Positions 9,993 through 19,689 of a DNA stretch of 64,000 nt are shown here, in pieces. The stretch spans positions 128,001-192,000 of the forward strand of contig CAWFGO010000003.1 in the NCBI GenBank assembly GCA_963815455.1, in the 5' to 3' direction. Position 1 is the stretch's first letter; each line of letters begins with the position of its first letter. Origin of the DNA: an uncultured Verrucomicrobiae bacterium. GTDB taxonomy: Bacteria > Verrucomicrobiota > Verrucomicrobiia > Chthoniobacterales > UBA10450. The translations under genes and the position numbers were made by a program. A model generated the notes under the pieces. It did not search any database and was not told the DNA's origin. It worked only from the letters and a program-made list of their open reading frames with translations.

Positions 9993-10834
9993 GACGTGAC
10001 CGAAAAGCAGGTAAGCAACTGACTGATCTGCTCCCGCATTTTCTTGCGGTGCACAATCATGTCGATCAAGCCATGGTCGAGCAAGAACTCAGCAGTTTGA
10101 AATCCCTGCGGCAAATCCTGGTGAGTGGTTTCTTTGATGACCCGGGGACCGGCAAAACCGATCATGCTCTTGGGCTCGGCCATGATGACATCGCCTAACG
10201 ATGCGAAACTGGCCATGACGCCGGCAGTGGTCGGATTGGTGAGCACAGAAATGTAGGGAAGCCGTTGCTCGGCATGGCGGGCCAATGCTCCGCTGGTCTT
10301 GGCCATCTGCATCAGGCTCAACATTCCTTCATACATCCGTGCTCCGCCGGAGGCGGAGACGATGATGACCGCCGCCCGGTTGGCCGTGCCGTATTCGATG
10401 GTGCGAGTGATTCGTTCACCGACAACCGAACCCATGGTCGCGGCAAGAAAACTGAAATCCATCACCGCAATCGCCACTTTGTACCCGTCGATGATCCCGT
10501 GCCCGCTGATGACGGCGTCGATCAATCCGGTATCCTGCTGATACTTCTTGAGCCGATCCTTGTAGCTCGCCATCCCATGGAAACGCAGGGTGTCTACCGA
10601 TCTCAAATCGGCATCCATTTCCACGAAACTTTGTGGATCGAGAAGCTGACCGATCCGCTCCTTGGCCGATTGGGCGAAATGATGATCGCAGCTCGGGCAG
10701 ACCCGTTGGTTCTCAGCCAGTTGGATTTCGCTCACCACTTCGCCGCATCCCGGGCATTTCTGGAAAACGCCCTCGGGAATCGCGCGTTTCCTGCCGCCGT
10801 CACCGCCAAATGGTGGTTTCTTAAAAATCGCCAT
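9989..10834 (-). CDS. accD: Acetyl-CoA carboxylase carboxyltransferase beta subunit
   Basis: Zn finger CPGC..CPSC, SGGARMYEG, GFAGPRVI; adjacent to folC. Confidence 0.96.
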   Translation of the reverse strand: MAIFKKPPFGGDGGRKRAIPEGVFQKCPGCGEVVSEIQLAENQRVCPSCDHHFAQSAKERIGQLLDPQSFVEMDADLRSVDTLRFHGMASYKDRLKKYQQDTGLIDAVISGHGIIDGYKVAIAVMDFSFLAATMGSVVGERITRTIEYGTANRAAVIIVSASGGARMYEGMLSLMQMAKTSGALARHAEQRLPYISVLTNPTTAGVMASFASLGDVIMAEPKSMIGFAGPRVIKETTHQDLPQGFQTAEFLLDHGLIDMIVHRKKMREQISQLLTCFSVTS

Positions 10835-10840
10835 GGAAAT

Positions 10841-11569
10841 TTACGCCCGTGCCGCTGTAGCCGCATGAACCGAGACCGCGCCGGCAGCCTTCAGGACCCG
10901 GGCGCACTCGCTCAATGTCGAGCCGGTTGTTAACACATCATCGATCAGAAGCACGTGCAAATCTCGCACGTCCATGTTTTTTCGTAAACGGAAGGCATTA
11001 TGCAAATTTTCCATCCGCTCGGCCCGGTCGAATGCCGTCTGAGTGGTGGTGTAACGGATGCGTTCCAGGACGGGAACCAATTGGATCGACATCTTCTCAC
11101 TCAACAATTCCGCCAGCAACGTCGCCTGATTGAAACCGCGCTCGCGTTGCCGCGCCGGATGCAACGGTACCGCTACCATGACATCGAAATGCCGGCCGCG
11201 AAGACGGACATCGTCGAGCGCTTTGCCGAGCCAGCCGGCTACGACGTGGCGCAGATGCATTTGATGGCCGTACTTAAAATCATGAATGAGCCGGCGAACA
11301 ATTCCGCGACTCCTATAGACAGCAACCGCTGCGTCGAAGTGAATTGTCCGGTGCGCGCAATTCGCGCAGGTGAAAGCTTCGGTGATCGCGCCGGGAAACG
11401 GCTGAGAACACAACTCGCAGAATGGCGGCACAATCGGAGTCGTTTTCGATTCGCAATCCTGGCAGAGATACTCGCCGGCGGGAACGGCCTCGGCGCAGAT
11501 CGTGCAAACCGGCGGATAAAGCAGCGATATGATCGCTCCGAGATTTTTAAGCCTGCCGAGCGCGACCAT
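10841..11569 (-). CDS. comF: ComF family phosphoribosyltransferase-like protein
   Basis: Zn-ribbon CxxC pairs, VPLH..RGFNQ, LIDDVLTTGSTL. Confidence 0.9.
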   Translation of the reverse strand: MVALGRLKNLGAIISLLYPPVCTICAEAVPAGEYLCQDCESKTTPIVPPFCELCSQPFPGAITEAFTCANCAHRTIHFDAAVAVYRSRGIVRRLIHDFKYGHQMHLRHVVAGWLGKALDDVRLRGRHFDVMVAVPLHPARQRERGFNQATLLAELLSEKMSIQLVPVLERIRYTTTQTAFDRAERMENLHNAFRLRKNMDVRDLHVLLIDDVLTTGSTLSECARVLKAAGAVSVHAATAARA

Positions 11570-12422
11570 ATAAGAAATGAATTAGCAGCCAGGTCAACGC
11601 CGCGACCCCAAGCGGCACAATTCCAACCAGCAGGTTTTTCCCCAACCAGGGAAGAGCAAGAATTTCCCGACGCGTCATCGCGTTGAAGATTCCCGCGGCA
11701 AGGACCCAGCCCGCATGCAGTCCAATCGGCAGCCACAGCGAGCGGGTCCGCACCCGGGCGTCGGCCAGGATCCAGCCAATCAGGAATAACGTCGTGAACG
11801 CGGCGGCCACGAACATCGGGTCGGCAAACTGGGCAAACGAATGGGCTATCGAATTGAAACCCGAAGTCCAGGTAACGATTGTCGATGTTCGCTCGGGCGC
11901 TTTAAGGAAATGCACCACCGCGAATAGCGCCGAAGTGGCGAAGATCGACAGGTAAACGCGACCGCTTCTCAAGAGAATTCCCAAGATCAAGCCGCGAAAA
12001 AAGGCTTCCTCTATTAAAGACACCGCAATTGCGGCCAGCGCGGTTCGCCCGAAAACGGGCCAGAGAAATCCGGGACGCAGGGAAAAAACGTGGAGGGCGA
12101 CAAAAACTGCGCCACAGCAGAGCAGGGGAATTGCAGCGAAAAAGAAACCTGCCGCCACGTCGCGCAACCAAACTGGATTTGACTCCAGACCAAGGTCGGC
12201 CATGCGCCGAACATTCATTGACCGAAAAAATGGCCAGAGCAGAGCCACTGCCGCCACGAGCAGTGCGCGATGGAAGTAGGTCTCGAAATCGAACCTGGCC
12301 AGAAACGGAGTCCAGCCTTGCCCGATCGCCCATTGCCCCAACCAGAAAAGAGGCGGCGCCAGCAACGCCCCGATCAGGATCGTTCCGGCAAAATAGCCCA
12401 CCAATCTGGCTGCGTCTTTCAA
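11547..12422 (-). CDS. CPBP/Abi family intramembrane glutamic endopeptidase
   Basis: EEAFFRG, FAVVHF, IGLHAGW motifs; multiple TM helices. Confidence 0.88.
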   Translation of the reverse strand: MKDAARLVGYFAGTILIGALLAPPLFWLGQWAIGQGWTPFLARFDFETYFHRALLVAAVALLWPFFRSMNVRRMADLGLESNPVWLRDVAAGFFFAAIPLLCCGAVFVALHVFSLRPGFLWPVFGRTALAAIAVSLIEEAFFRGLILGILLRSGRVYLSIFATSALFAVVHFLKAPERTSTIVTWTSGFNSIAHSFAQFADPMFVAAAFTTLFLIGWILADARVRTRSLWLPIGLHAGWVLAAGIFNAMTRREILALPWLGKNLLVGIVPLGVAALTWLLIHFLYGRARQA

Positions 12423-12698
12423 GGCTGCATTCCTTTCTCAAAGATTGAACGCGCACCTTTCAACGTTCAATGCCGAAAGCAATCCGTTGGATGTTGAAAG
12501 GAATATTTCGAAGCGCGATTAGGGTTGCATTGATTTGACGGACCCGCCTTCGAGGCTACGGCGCGGCAAGCAGTGGGCTAAAGGGGCAATTCAGTTCAGA
12601 CGGTTGCTCCCAATCTGCGTAGATCTGCGAAATCTGCGGTCAAAAGGTCCCTGAGTTCATGCTTTCCTTAGGGGCTGCTAGTGTAAGATTTCCCTGCG

Positions 12699-12959
12699 AT
12701 GCGGAGTCAACACGTATGGAAGGAGAAGGATGAGGAAGGCCGAAAACGCGAAGTCCGCGCGACCAAGTTCGGCGGCGACTGGCGGCTGCAGTCAAAGACC
12801 GACGGCGACCTGGAATGGACCTACTACGATGTCCCGCTACTGGAGGATTTGAAGACGTTAAAAGACATCGTCTTTCGAAAATATCAGCGCCGGCGCGCCT
12901 CGGCCGAAGACGTGGCGTCGATCGAGAAGCTTATCAAGGAGCAAAGCCGCGATGACTAG
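12699..12959 (+). CDS. Small hypothetical protein
   Basis: 86-aa ATG ORF in an otherwise empty interval with protein-like composition. Confidence 0.7.
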   Translation: MRSQHVWKEKDEEGRKREVRATKFGGDWRLQSKTDGDLEWTYYDVPLLEDLKTLKDIVFRKYQRRRASAEDVASIEKLIKEQSRDD

Positions 12960-13008
12960 TCTTGTTCTCGGGATTGCCAGCACGATCAAATGATGTAATG
13001 ATGCTTAA

Positions 13009-13269
13009 ATGAGGACAACAATAAGCATCAGTGATGCCCTTCTTAAGGAGGTGCGCCGGCGCGCTGGAGCAACGGGTCAGCCGTTTCGCAAGGCCCTCGA
13101 AGAGGTAATCTCGCTCGGCCTTGCTTCATCAAAACGGACGCCGGCGAAGCGACGCATCCGCATTCGGCCAAGGGCAGTCGGGCTCAAGTCTGTCTATGGC
13201 AAGATGAGCCTCAATCAACTGTACGATCAAATTGAAGCCGAGCGCGGGGCGATGAAATCCCGAGGTTAA
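13009..13269 (+). CDS. vapB: VapB-like ribbon-helix-helix antitoxin
   Basis: MRTTISISDALLKEVRRRA RHH start; directly upstream of a PIN toxin. Confidence 0.8.
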   Translation: MRTTISISDALLKEVRRRAGATGQPFRKALEEVISLGLASSKRTPAKRRIRIRPRAVGLKSVYGKMSLNQLYDQIEAERGAMKSRG

Positions 13270-13271
13270 TC

Positions 13272-13703
13272 GTGATTGTACCCGACACGAACGTGCTGAT
13301 CTACGCTTACGATTCGACATCGTCTCTGCATCCGGCGGCGCGGCGCTGGTGGGAGAAAGCGCTTTCTGGCACCGAGGCGGTGGGAATTCCGTGGGTCGTT
13401 GTTTTGGCGTTCGTCCGCCTAATCACTCATCCAACTTTGTCGGAGCATCCGTTCACCGTTGGCGAAGCTGAAAGCGCAGTGGGGGAGTGGCTCGATTGTG
13501 ATCCCGTAAGGCTTCTGATTCCTCAAGAAACGACCCTAAAACGGTTCTTTGCCTTGCTCGAGAAGGCGGGGCTGGGCGGAAACCTGGCTACAGATGCGCT
13601 GATTGCCGCGCATGCGGAGGACTTTGGCGGGACGGTTTACTCGACCGACCGGGATTTTAGTCGTTTTTCGCCGGTGCAATGGCAGAATCCGCTGGAGCCT
13701 TGA
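13272..13703 (+). CDS. vapC: VapC PIN-domain ribonuclease toxin
   Basis: MIVPDTNVLIYA, TDALIAAHA, STDRDFSRF. Confidence 0.92.
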   Translation: MIVPDTNVLIYAYDSTSSLHPAARRWWEKALSGTEAVGIPWVVVLAFVRLITHPTLSEHPFTVGEAESAVGEWLDCDPVRLLIPQETTLKRFFALLEKAGLGGNLATDALIAAHAEDFGGTVYSTDRDFSRFSPVQWQNPLEP

Positions 13704-13927
13704 GCAACGCCTGCTCTTTATTGGATAACTAACCCTGGCGATCTGGCTGGGTTCGGCCGGCGGAGCTGGCGAATGTTTGCAACCGTGCACGAATCGATGC
13801 TTCCAGACATGACGATAAAGGCCTGCTGGAAATTATGTTCCGATCGCTATTACGCTAATCCCTGAGAAAATGTGGAGCCGAACCGAGGAAGCGATTCGCC
13901 AATTAGGGCGCGACCTCCGCCGAAGAA

Positions 13928-14668
13928 ATGTCGAAAAAACTGCGTCTTGATCAGCTTTTAGTGGCAGGCGGGTTCTTCGCCAGCCGGGAACAGGCCCAGC
14001 GCGCGGTCATGGCGGGCGAGGTGAAGATCGGGACGGAGATCGCGGCCAAGCCGTCCCAGCTTGTCGATCCTGATGCAGAGATCATCGTTGAAGCGCCGCC
14101 GAAGTTTGTCGGACGCGGCGGGTTGAAGCTGGAAGGCGCGCTCGATCATTTCAAGATCGACATCGCGGGAAAAACCGCGCTCGACATCGGCGCCTCGACC
14201 GGCGGGTTCACCGATTGCCTGCTCCAGCGTGGCGCGGTGAAAGTTTATGCCGTGGACGTCGGGCACGGTCAATTGGATTGGAAAATTCGCAACGATCCGC
14301 GGGTGATCGTGATGGAGAAAGTAAATGCGCGGTTGTTGTCGGGCGACCACGTCCCCGAGGCGGTCGATCTTTGCGTGATCGACGTTTCCTTCATTTCGCT
14401 TACATTGATCCTCCCCAGGGTATTCAAATTGATCGCTTCAAACGGTACCGTTCTCGCCTTAATCAAGCCGCAGTTTGAATTGCAACGCGCGGATGTCGGG
14501 GGTGGGGGAATCGTTCGCGAACCGGAGTTGCATAAGAAGGCGCAAGACAAGATCGTTGGGTTCGTGACTAACCTCGGCTACACCGTTATCGGAATCGTTC
14601 CATCCGCCATCACCGGCGCCGACGGCAATCAGGAATTTTTCGCATGCATCCGAAAACGATCGGCATAA
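13928..14668 (+). CDS. tlyA: TlyA family rRNA 2'-O-methyltransferase
   Basis: S4 domain RLDQLL, GRGGLKL, DIGASTGGFTD, DVSFISL, LIKPQFE. Confidence 0.95.
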   Translation: MSKKLRLDQLLVAGGFFASREQAQRAVMAGEVKIGTEIAAKPSQLVDPDAEIIVEAPPKFVGRGGLKLEGALDHFKIDIAGKTALDIGASTGGFTDCLLQRGAVKVYAVDVGHGQLDWKIRNDPRVIVMEKVNARLLSGDHVPEAVDLCVIDVSFISLTLILPRVFKLIASNGTVLALIKPQFELQRADVGGGGIVREPELHKKAQDKIVGFVTNLGYTVIGIVPSAITGADGNQEFFACIRKRSA

Positions 14669-15510
14669 TCGCGCACACGGGAAAACCCGGCGTGGCCGAT
14701 CTGGTTAACGCCGTGGTCGAGGAGTTTTCTCGCTTTTCGATGTCGTTCATGCTGGAGAAAGCAACGGCCGCCATCGCGGGCCAGAAGTCGGATTATTCGA
14801 TAGCCGAGCTCGGCGCTGCGGCGGACCTTCTCGTCGTTGTCGGAGGTGACGGGACAATCCTCCATGTCGTCGGCGAGCTGGGCGATGCGATCAAACCCAT
14901 CTTCGGGATCAACGTCGGCTCGCTCGGTTTCCTCACCTGCGCGAATTCCAGCGCCTATCGCGACGCGGTGGAGTCCATTGCCAAAGATCGAATTAATTTT
15001 AGTCAGCGCGCATTGCTTGAAGCGCGGGTGAGGCTCGGCGAAAAACAAACCGCCAAAATGTTCGCGTTGAACGACGCAGTTCTGAGCCGGGGCGAACTTT
15101 CCCGTCTGGTCCAGTTGCGGACCTGGGTCAACGGCGAAGTCCTCACCGAATTCAATGCCGACGGTTTGGTCGTCGCCACGCCGACCGGTTCTACCGCTTA
15201 TTCGCTTTCGGCCGGCGGACCGATTCTCGATCCGGAATCGGGAGTTTTTGTCATCACGCCGATCTGTCCGCATGTGCTCACCAATCGCTCGATCATCGTG
15301 GCCCAAACATCGACAATCGAAATCGAAGCGAGCGATCCGGATTACCCGGTGTTCCTGACTCTGGACGGGCGTCCGCCGATTCATGTCGAACGAGGATCGA
15401 CAGTCACGATTCGCAAAGCGAAAAAAACTTTGCCGTTGGCGGCATTGCCCGACGCCTCGTTCTTTAGCGTGGTGCGCCAGAAACTAAAATGGCGCGGCAG
15501 CAACGTGTAA
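14644..15510 (+). CDS. nadK: NAD(+) kinase
   Basis: GGDGTIL, GSLGFLT, ALND, TPTGSTAYSLSAGGP. Confidence 0.96.
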   Translation: MHPKTIGIIAHTGKPGVADLVNAVVEEFSRFSMSFMLEKATAAIAGQKSDYSIAELGAAADLLVVVGGDGTILHVVGELGDAIKPIFGINVGSLGFLTCANSSAYRDAVESIAKDRINFSQRALLEARVRLGEKQTAKMFALNDAVLSRGELSRLVQLRTWVNGEVLTEFNADGLVVATPTGSTAYSLSAGGPILDPESGVFVITPICPHVLTNRSIIVAQTSTIEIEASDPDYPVFLTLDGRPPIHVERGSTVTIRKAKKTLPLAALPDASFFSVVRQKLKWRGSNV

Positions 15511-15571
15511 GGAGGCGGACGCGAAGCGACCGTTGTAGCCGCGGGCGCTGACCGCGGATCTTCTCAGCCGG

Positions 15572-16390
15572 TCACCCATCACCCTTCTTGAATCTCCAAT
15601 CCGAGCAATCCCAGCCTAGCAACGCTTCCAGTTTGGCGATGTCTTCCTTAAAAATCGCCGAAACGTGTTCGCGCTCCTCCGGGGTCATTTTTCGCTGATA
15701 CGGTCCGACGTTGCGCTCCCGATTCTTGAGACCAGGCAAACGCTTGACGCCGAGGAAATCGAACACTGAATCGACCGTGCCGGAATAATCGCGGCGATAG
15801 TTTTCGTATTTGATAATGAGAACCTGCTCGCGCGGAAAAAATCGGAAGACCCGCTCGATCTGGCTGGAATACCGGCCGCGATCGACATAGGCGAAGCGCC
15901 GATATTCCAGCGAAAAATCTTTGATCGGCTGTGACTGGTCTCGCTTGATCGCATCCAAAAAATCATCCGGCTCCTGATTCTTGGCCTTCCGCATGTTCCA
16001 ATGGGAAAAAGCGCGATCGGCCGGATTTCGAAGCGAAACGATGATCTTCATCTGCGGGTTGTAGCAGGCAATTCTCTCCATTGCCGGTTTCCAATAGACG
16101 TAGTCGGAGGTGACCTCGCCGGCGATTTGCCATCGGCGGGCGGGGTCGAAATTGCTCAGCAGGACATTGTAATCGGGCGGGCCCTGAAAATTTTCTTCCT
16201 TATCGAAAAAATGCAGCGCTTGATCGCGCGGCAGGGCGATGTGCGGATGTTTCGCGATGAAGTAATGCAACGCAGTGGTGCCGGCCTTCTGAACGCCGGC
16301 CACAATAAAATCGACATGATCGATCTTGCGTCGTCGCCACGTGGAAGAGGTCGGAGTGGGAACAGTTTGAGAACGGGCTGCGCCGGGCAT
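15572..16390 (-). CDS. PAPS-dependent sulfotransferase
   Basis: 5'-PSB GVQKAGTTAL and 3'-PB LRNPADRAFSHW. Confidence 0.88.
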   Translation of the reverse strand: MPGAARSQTVPTPTSSTWRRRKIDHVDFIVAGVQKAGTTALHYFIAKHPHIALPRDQALHFFDKEENFQGPPDYNVLLSNFDPARRWQIAGEVTSDYVYWKPAMERIACYNPQMKIIVSLRNPADRAFSHWNMRKAKNQEPDDFLDAIKRDQSQPIKDFSLEYRRFAYVDRGRYSSQIERVFRFFPREQVLIIKYENYRRDYSGTVDSVFDFLGVKRLPGLKNRERNVGPYQRKMTPEEREHVSAIFKEDIAKLEALLGWDCSDWRFKKGDG

Positions 16391-16460
16391 TTCAGCGCAA
16401 CCTTAGCGCGATCTTTACCCGGGGGCGATCACGAGTTACATTCGGGGACAGTCGTTACCG

Positions 16461-17459
16461 ATGAATCTCGCTCCCAGAATCTTGGCCAGATGCCTTCCCG
16501 CGATTCTGCTTATCGCCGGGCATGTGGCAGCAATCGCGGCTTCAAAGGATGAAGCGCGCGTAACCCGAGTGATCCGCAATGTGGAGCTTCTGCCGCCTCA
16601 ATCCAAGGCCAAAGCGGCCTCCGTTAACGACACGGTAGATGAAGACACCAGCGTGCGCACAGGGGAAAAGTCGCGCTCGGAGCTGACTTTCACGGATCTA
16701 ACCATCACCCGCCTTGGCGCGAACACGATTTTTTCGTTCAACAAAGCCGGCCACGATGTCCAATTGAACGCCGGCAGCGTGCTCCTTTACGTGCCCAAGG
16801 ACTCCGGCGGCGCGCACATGGCGACGGAGGCCGTGTCGGTCGCGATTACCGGGTCCACCGCGATCCTTACCGCGACACGTCGCGGTCGCAGCTTGCTCAC
16901 CATGTTGGAAGACGGCGCTCGCGTCTCCCTGATCAAGCATCCGCGGGAATCGGTTTATGTTCGCCAGGGTCAGATGGTGAATGTCCCGCCCGGCGCGACC
17001 AAAATGCCGCGGCCAATCAATATCAATGTTAAGCAGGCCATGAAATCGCCACTGATCACCGATTTCTCGCCCTTGCCGAGTCAGAATGCGATTCTGGCCG
17101 GGTCAAACAACCCGCCGGTTTACCGATCAAATCCAGTCGGACCAGGTCCGGGCCCTGGTGGGCCCATTGTTGGGCAACCGGTAGGGGGCGGTTATCCGGC
17201 ATATCCACCTGGCCATTCCCACCAACCGCCGGTGGTTGTCGTCAATCCGGACTACCCTGACAAGCCCGGCAAGCACAAGAAACATCACAAACCAAACCCG
17301 GACTATCCGGATAAGCCCGGCAAACACAAAAAGCCAGGCAAACCAAAGCCCACGCCGACACCGGGCGGTCACGACGGAGGCAAAGGGCATACCAAGAAGC
17401 CGTCTAAACGTCCCGGACCCAAGCCGACGCCGACGCCACGGCCACATCAGATACCGTAG
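16461..17459 (+). CDS. Secreted FecR-domain protein with Pro/Lys/His-rich tail
   Basis: Signal peptide, VRTGEKSRSELTFTDLTITRLGANTIFSF, low-complexity C-terminus. Confidence 0.75.
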   Translation: MNLAPRILARCLPAILLIAGHVAAIAASKDEARVTRVIRNVELLPPQSKAKAASVNDTVDEDTSVRTGEKSRSELTFTDLTITRLGANTIFSFNKAGHDVQLNAGSVLLYVPKDSGGAHMATEAVSVAITGSTAILTATRRGRSLLTMLEDGARVSLIKHPRESVYVRQGQMVNVPPGATKMPRPININVKQAMKSPLITDFSPLPSQNAILAGSNNPPVYRSNPVGPGPGPGGPIVGQPVGGGYPAYPPGHSHQPPVVVVNPDYPDKPGKHKKHHKPNPDYPDKPGKHKKPGKPKPTPTPGGHDGGKGHTKKPSKRPGPKPTPTPRPHQIP

Positions 17460-17579
17460 TGAAGTGGCGGAGTGAGGGTGGTCGATTTCTCATACGCAAG
17501 CTGGCCCAACACCTAGCGACTGGTGTTGGGCCAGCTTGGGCCTAGTAATTATAAGGCTGGACTGGTAAGCCTTTGGGAC

Positions 17580-18377
17580 ATGCTGCAAGCGTACGCGCGA
17601 ATCTTCATTTCAGCGACGGAGGAACTTCAAAACATCAGGCTCGGGCTGATGATCACCATGTACGATGATCCCGACGACGCCTATTCCGTTAAACGATTTT
17701 CCGAAGATGCCTGCGGAAGACTAAAGGACATTTTGGCGTATTTGGCGCAATGTTGCGCCATTGTAGGATTGACCCAGACCAGGCACTTGGCATTGAAGCT
17801 CGCCGAGGCGGCGAAATCTGGCATGAACGTAGATGAACTGGACGCGACGATTGATGCGATTCAAGAGGTAGCCAAGAACGAACTAGCAGAGAAAAAGTTT
17901 TTATACGTCCCTAACGAACGCACCGCTTATTATAACAATAAATCGCTTTGCGGAGAGCTGGTAGCAGCCAAGTTTCCGAAGGCCGTACCGGACATCATGG
18001 AGGCCGGGAACTGTTATGCGCTAGGGCGACCAACGGCGTGCGTCTTTCATCTAATGCGGGTCATTCCCTACGGGATGGAGGTTTTAGCCAAGAAGCTGAA
18101 GGTCAAATATAAGTTTCCGGTCGAATGCCAGGATTGGAACGGCATCATACAGCCTATTGAGAAGGCGCTAAAAGAAATGCAGCAACTCGCCCGATCACCG
18201 AAGAAAACCGCAGATCTAAAATATTACTCGGAAATTGCTCAACATTTGACCTTTTGCAAAGACGCATGGCGAAACCACGTCTCGCACGCCCGTGATCCTT
18301 ATGACATGCCACAAGCACGGAGCGTCATGGATCATGTGGGCCACGTAATGCGTCTGCTTGCGGAGCGGATGAAATGA
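17580..18377 (+). CDS. HEPN-like (Rx4H) passenger protein
   Basis: AGNCYALGRPTACVFHLMR...DAWRNHVSH; helical; inside the IS. Confidence 0.65.
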   Translation: MLQAYARIFISATEELQNIRLGLMITMYDDPDDAYSVKRFSEDACGRLKDILAYLAQCCAIVGLTQTRHLALKLAEAAKSGMNVDELDATIDAIQEVAKNELAEKKFLYVPNERTAYYNNKSLCGELVAAKFPKAVPDIMEAGNCYALGRPTACVFHLMRVIPYGMEVLAKKLKVKYKFPVECQDWNGIIQPIEKALKEMQQLARSPKKTADLKYYSEIAQHLTFCKDAWRNHVSHARDPYDMPQARSVMDHVGHVMRLLAERMK

Positions 18378-18393
18378 ATTACATAATGGAATC

Positions 18394-18561
18394 ATGGCAG
18401 AGCGCGACGCAAGCCAAGAGGCGCTGGAGCAAGTCCAGAAGATTACCGAGTCAGAGCCGGTCAACGGCGAGGACTTGCTTGGCTCCGACGATCTCAAGCG
18501 CCAGTTACGCGAGGCCAAGGAACGCGAGGCAAAGCGTTCATCTGAGCCACCGCGCAAGTAG
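18394..18561 (+). CDS. 55-aa small protein (IS passenger)
   Basis: Manual translation MAERDASQEALEQVQKITESEPVNGEDLLGSDDLKRQLREAKEREAKRSSEPPRK; below the track cutoff. Confidence 0.5.
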   Translation: MAERDASQEALEQVQKITESEPVNGEDLLGSDDLKRQLREAKEREAKRSSEPPRK

Positions 18562-18705
18562 CCGGTCCAGAAGGCCGCTAAAGTTCGTTTCCCGCTTTTT
18601 CGCCCGTTTCACGTTGTCCTCTGTCAGGGTGACGAGATACGCCTTTTTGCCCTCTGGCGGGCGGCCTGCGCCCTCTCGTTTCCCTCCTTGTTTAGGTCGT
18701 TTCAT
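18538..18705 (-). CDS. 55-aa putative DNA-binding (RHH-like) regulator, divergent from the transposase
   Basis: Manual translation MKRPKQGGKREGAGRPPEGKKAYLVTLTEDNVKRAKKRETNFSGLLDRLLARWLR. Confidence 0.65.
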   Translation of the reverse strand: MKRPKQGGKREGAGRPPEGKKAYLVTLTEDNVKRAKKRETNFSGLLDRLLARWLR

Positions 18706-18767
18706 GCTTGAAAAGATATATACGAATTATGTTGACGCAAATTGATTATCTATATATCTTTTCAGCC
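18706..18767. promoter_or_regulatory. Symmetric bidirectional promoter/operator between the small regulator and the transposase
   Basis: 14-bp perfect IR TGAAAAGATATATA (18709-18722) / TATATATCTTTTCA (18751-18764). TTGACG-17 bp-TATCTT on the + strand. Confidence 0.6.
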
Positions 18768-19688
18768 ATGAATAAGAGGCTATCCAGAGAGAAACAGGCT
18801 TTAGTCCTAGCGGCGCTGTGCGAAGGCACTCCGATCCGCGCTTGCGCCCGTATGTTCAAGGTCGGGAAAGACACGATTCATCGCGTGATCTGTGAGACTG
18901 GCGCGGCCTTTGCCGATTACATGGACTCCGAGTTTCGGGACTTGCCCTGCGCTCGCATCGAAATGGATGAGCAGTGGCAATACGTAGGTTGTCACTCTGG
19001 CCGGATGAAAAAGCCGGAGAATGTGTGGGAGCGTAGCGACAAGACACGCGGAGACTTCTGGCTATGGGCCTGCATTGATGCAGACACAAAGCTGGTATTC
19101 TCTCACAACGTAGGAAAGCGGGATTACTGGACGGGCCGCGTGTTCGTTGAGGATGTTCGCAAGCGGGTTAAGGGGCCGGTCCAAATCGCCACCGACAATT
19201 TGCCAGCGTATCCTTCGCTAATTCAGGGAGCGTTTGGCTATGAGGGTTTCAGCTACGGAACAGAGACAAAGATATTCGGCGAGCCGCAACTGCTAGACGG
19301 CACGCTGGCCCGTTTCGGACGCAATGAAGGCGTCCGTAAAATGGTCACAGCGGAGCGCAAGGCAGTAATAGGCTCGCCGGACTTAGGCAGCCTTACTACT
19401 TCACACATTGAGCGGGCTTTCCTGACCGTTCGCCAAGAACTGAAACGCTTTCAACGCAAGGGCCTTGGTTACTCAAAAGATTTGGAAACTCACAAACACG
19501 CGGTCGCGCTGTTCCTTGGCGTTTACAATTTCGTTCGGAAACACAAGACCCTTGGAAGCACGCCAGCGGTAGCGGCAGGCGTTGAGTGGGAAGCGTGGGA
19601 TTTAGAACGGGTAGTGGAAATGACAGAGGCGTTTATGCGCCGTAAAGAGGACGCGAAGTTTGAACATGCCTTCGCGGAATACCAATAA
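18768..19688 (+). CDS. IS1-family DDE transposase
   Basis: HTH TPIRACARMFKVGKDTIHR, then MDEQWQYVG, ATDNLPAY, TSHIER, YNFVRKHKTL..TPAVAAG. Confidence 0.9.
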   Translation: MNKRLSREKQALVLAALCEGTPIRACARMFKVGKDTIHRVICETGAAFADYMDSEFRDLPCARIEMDEQWQYVGCHSGRMKKPENVWERSDKTRGDFWLWACIDADTKLVFSHNVGKRDYWTGRVFVEDVRKRVKGPVQIATDNLPAYPSLIQGAFGYEGFSYGTETKIFGEPQLLDGTLARFGRNEGVRKMVTAERKAVIGSPDLGSLTTSHIERAFLTVRQELKRFQRKGLGYSKDLETHKHAVALFLGVYNFVRKHKTLGSTPAVAAGVEWEAWDLERVVEMTEAFMRRKEDAKFEHAFAEYQ

Positions 19689-19689
19689 G

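Noticed and set aside
13009..13703. vapBC as part of a prophage or island
   Set aside because: No integrase, att repeats or phage genes adjacent; an ordinary stand-alone TA pair.
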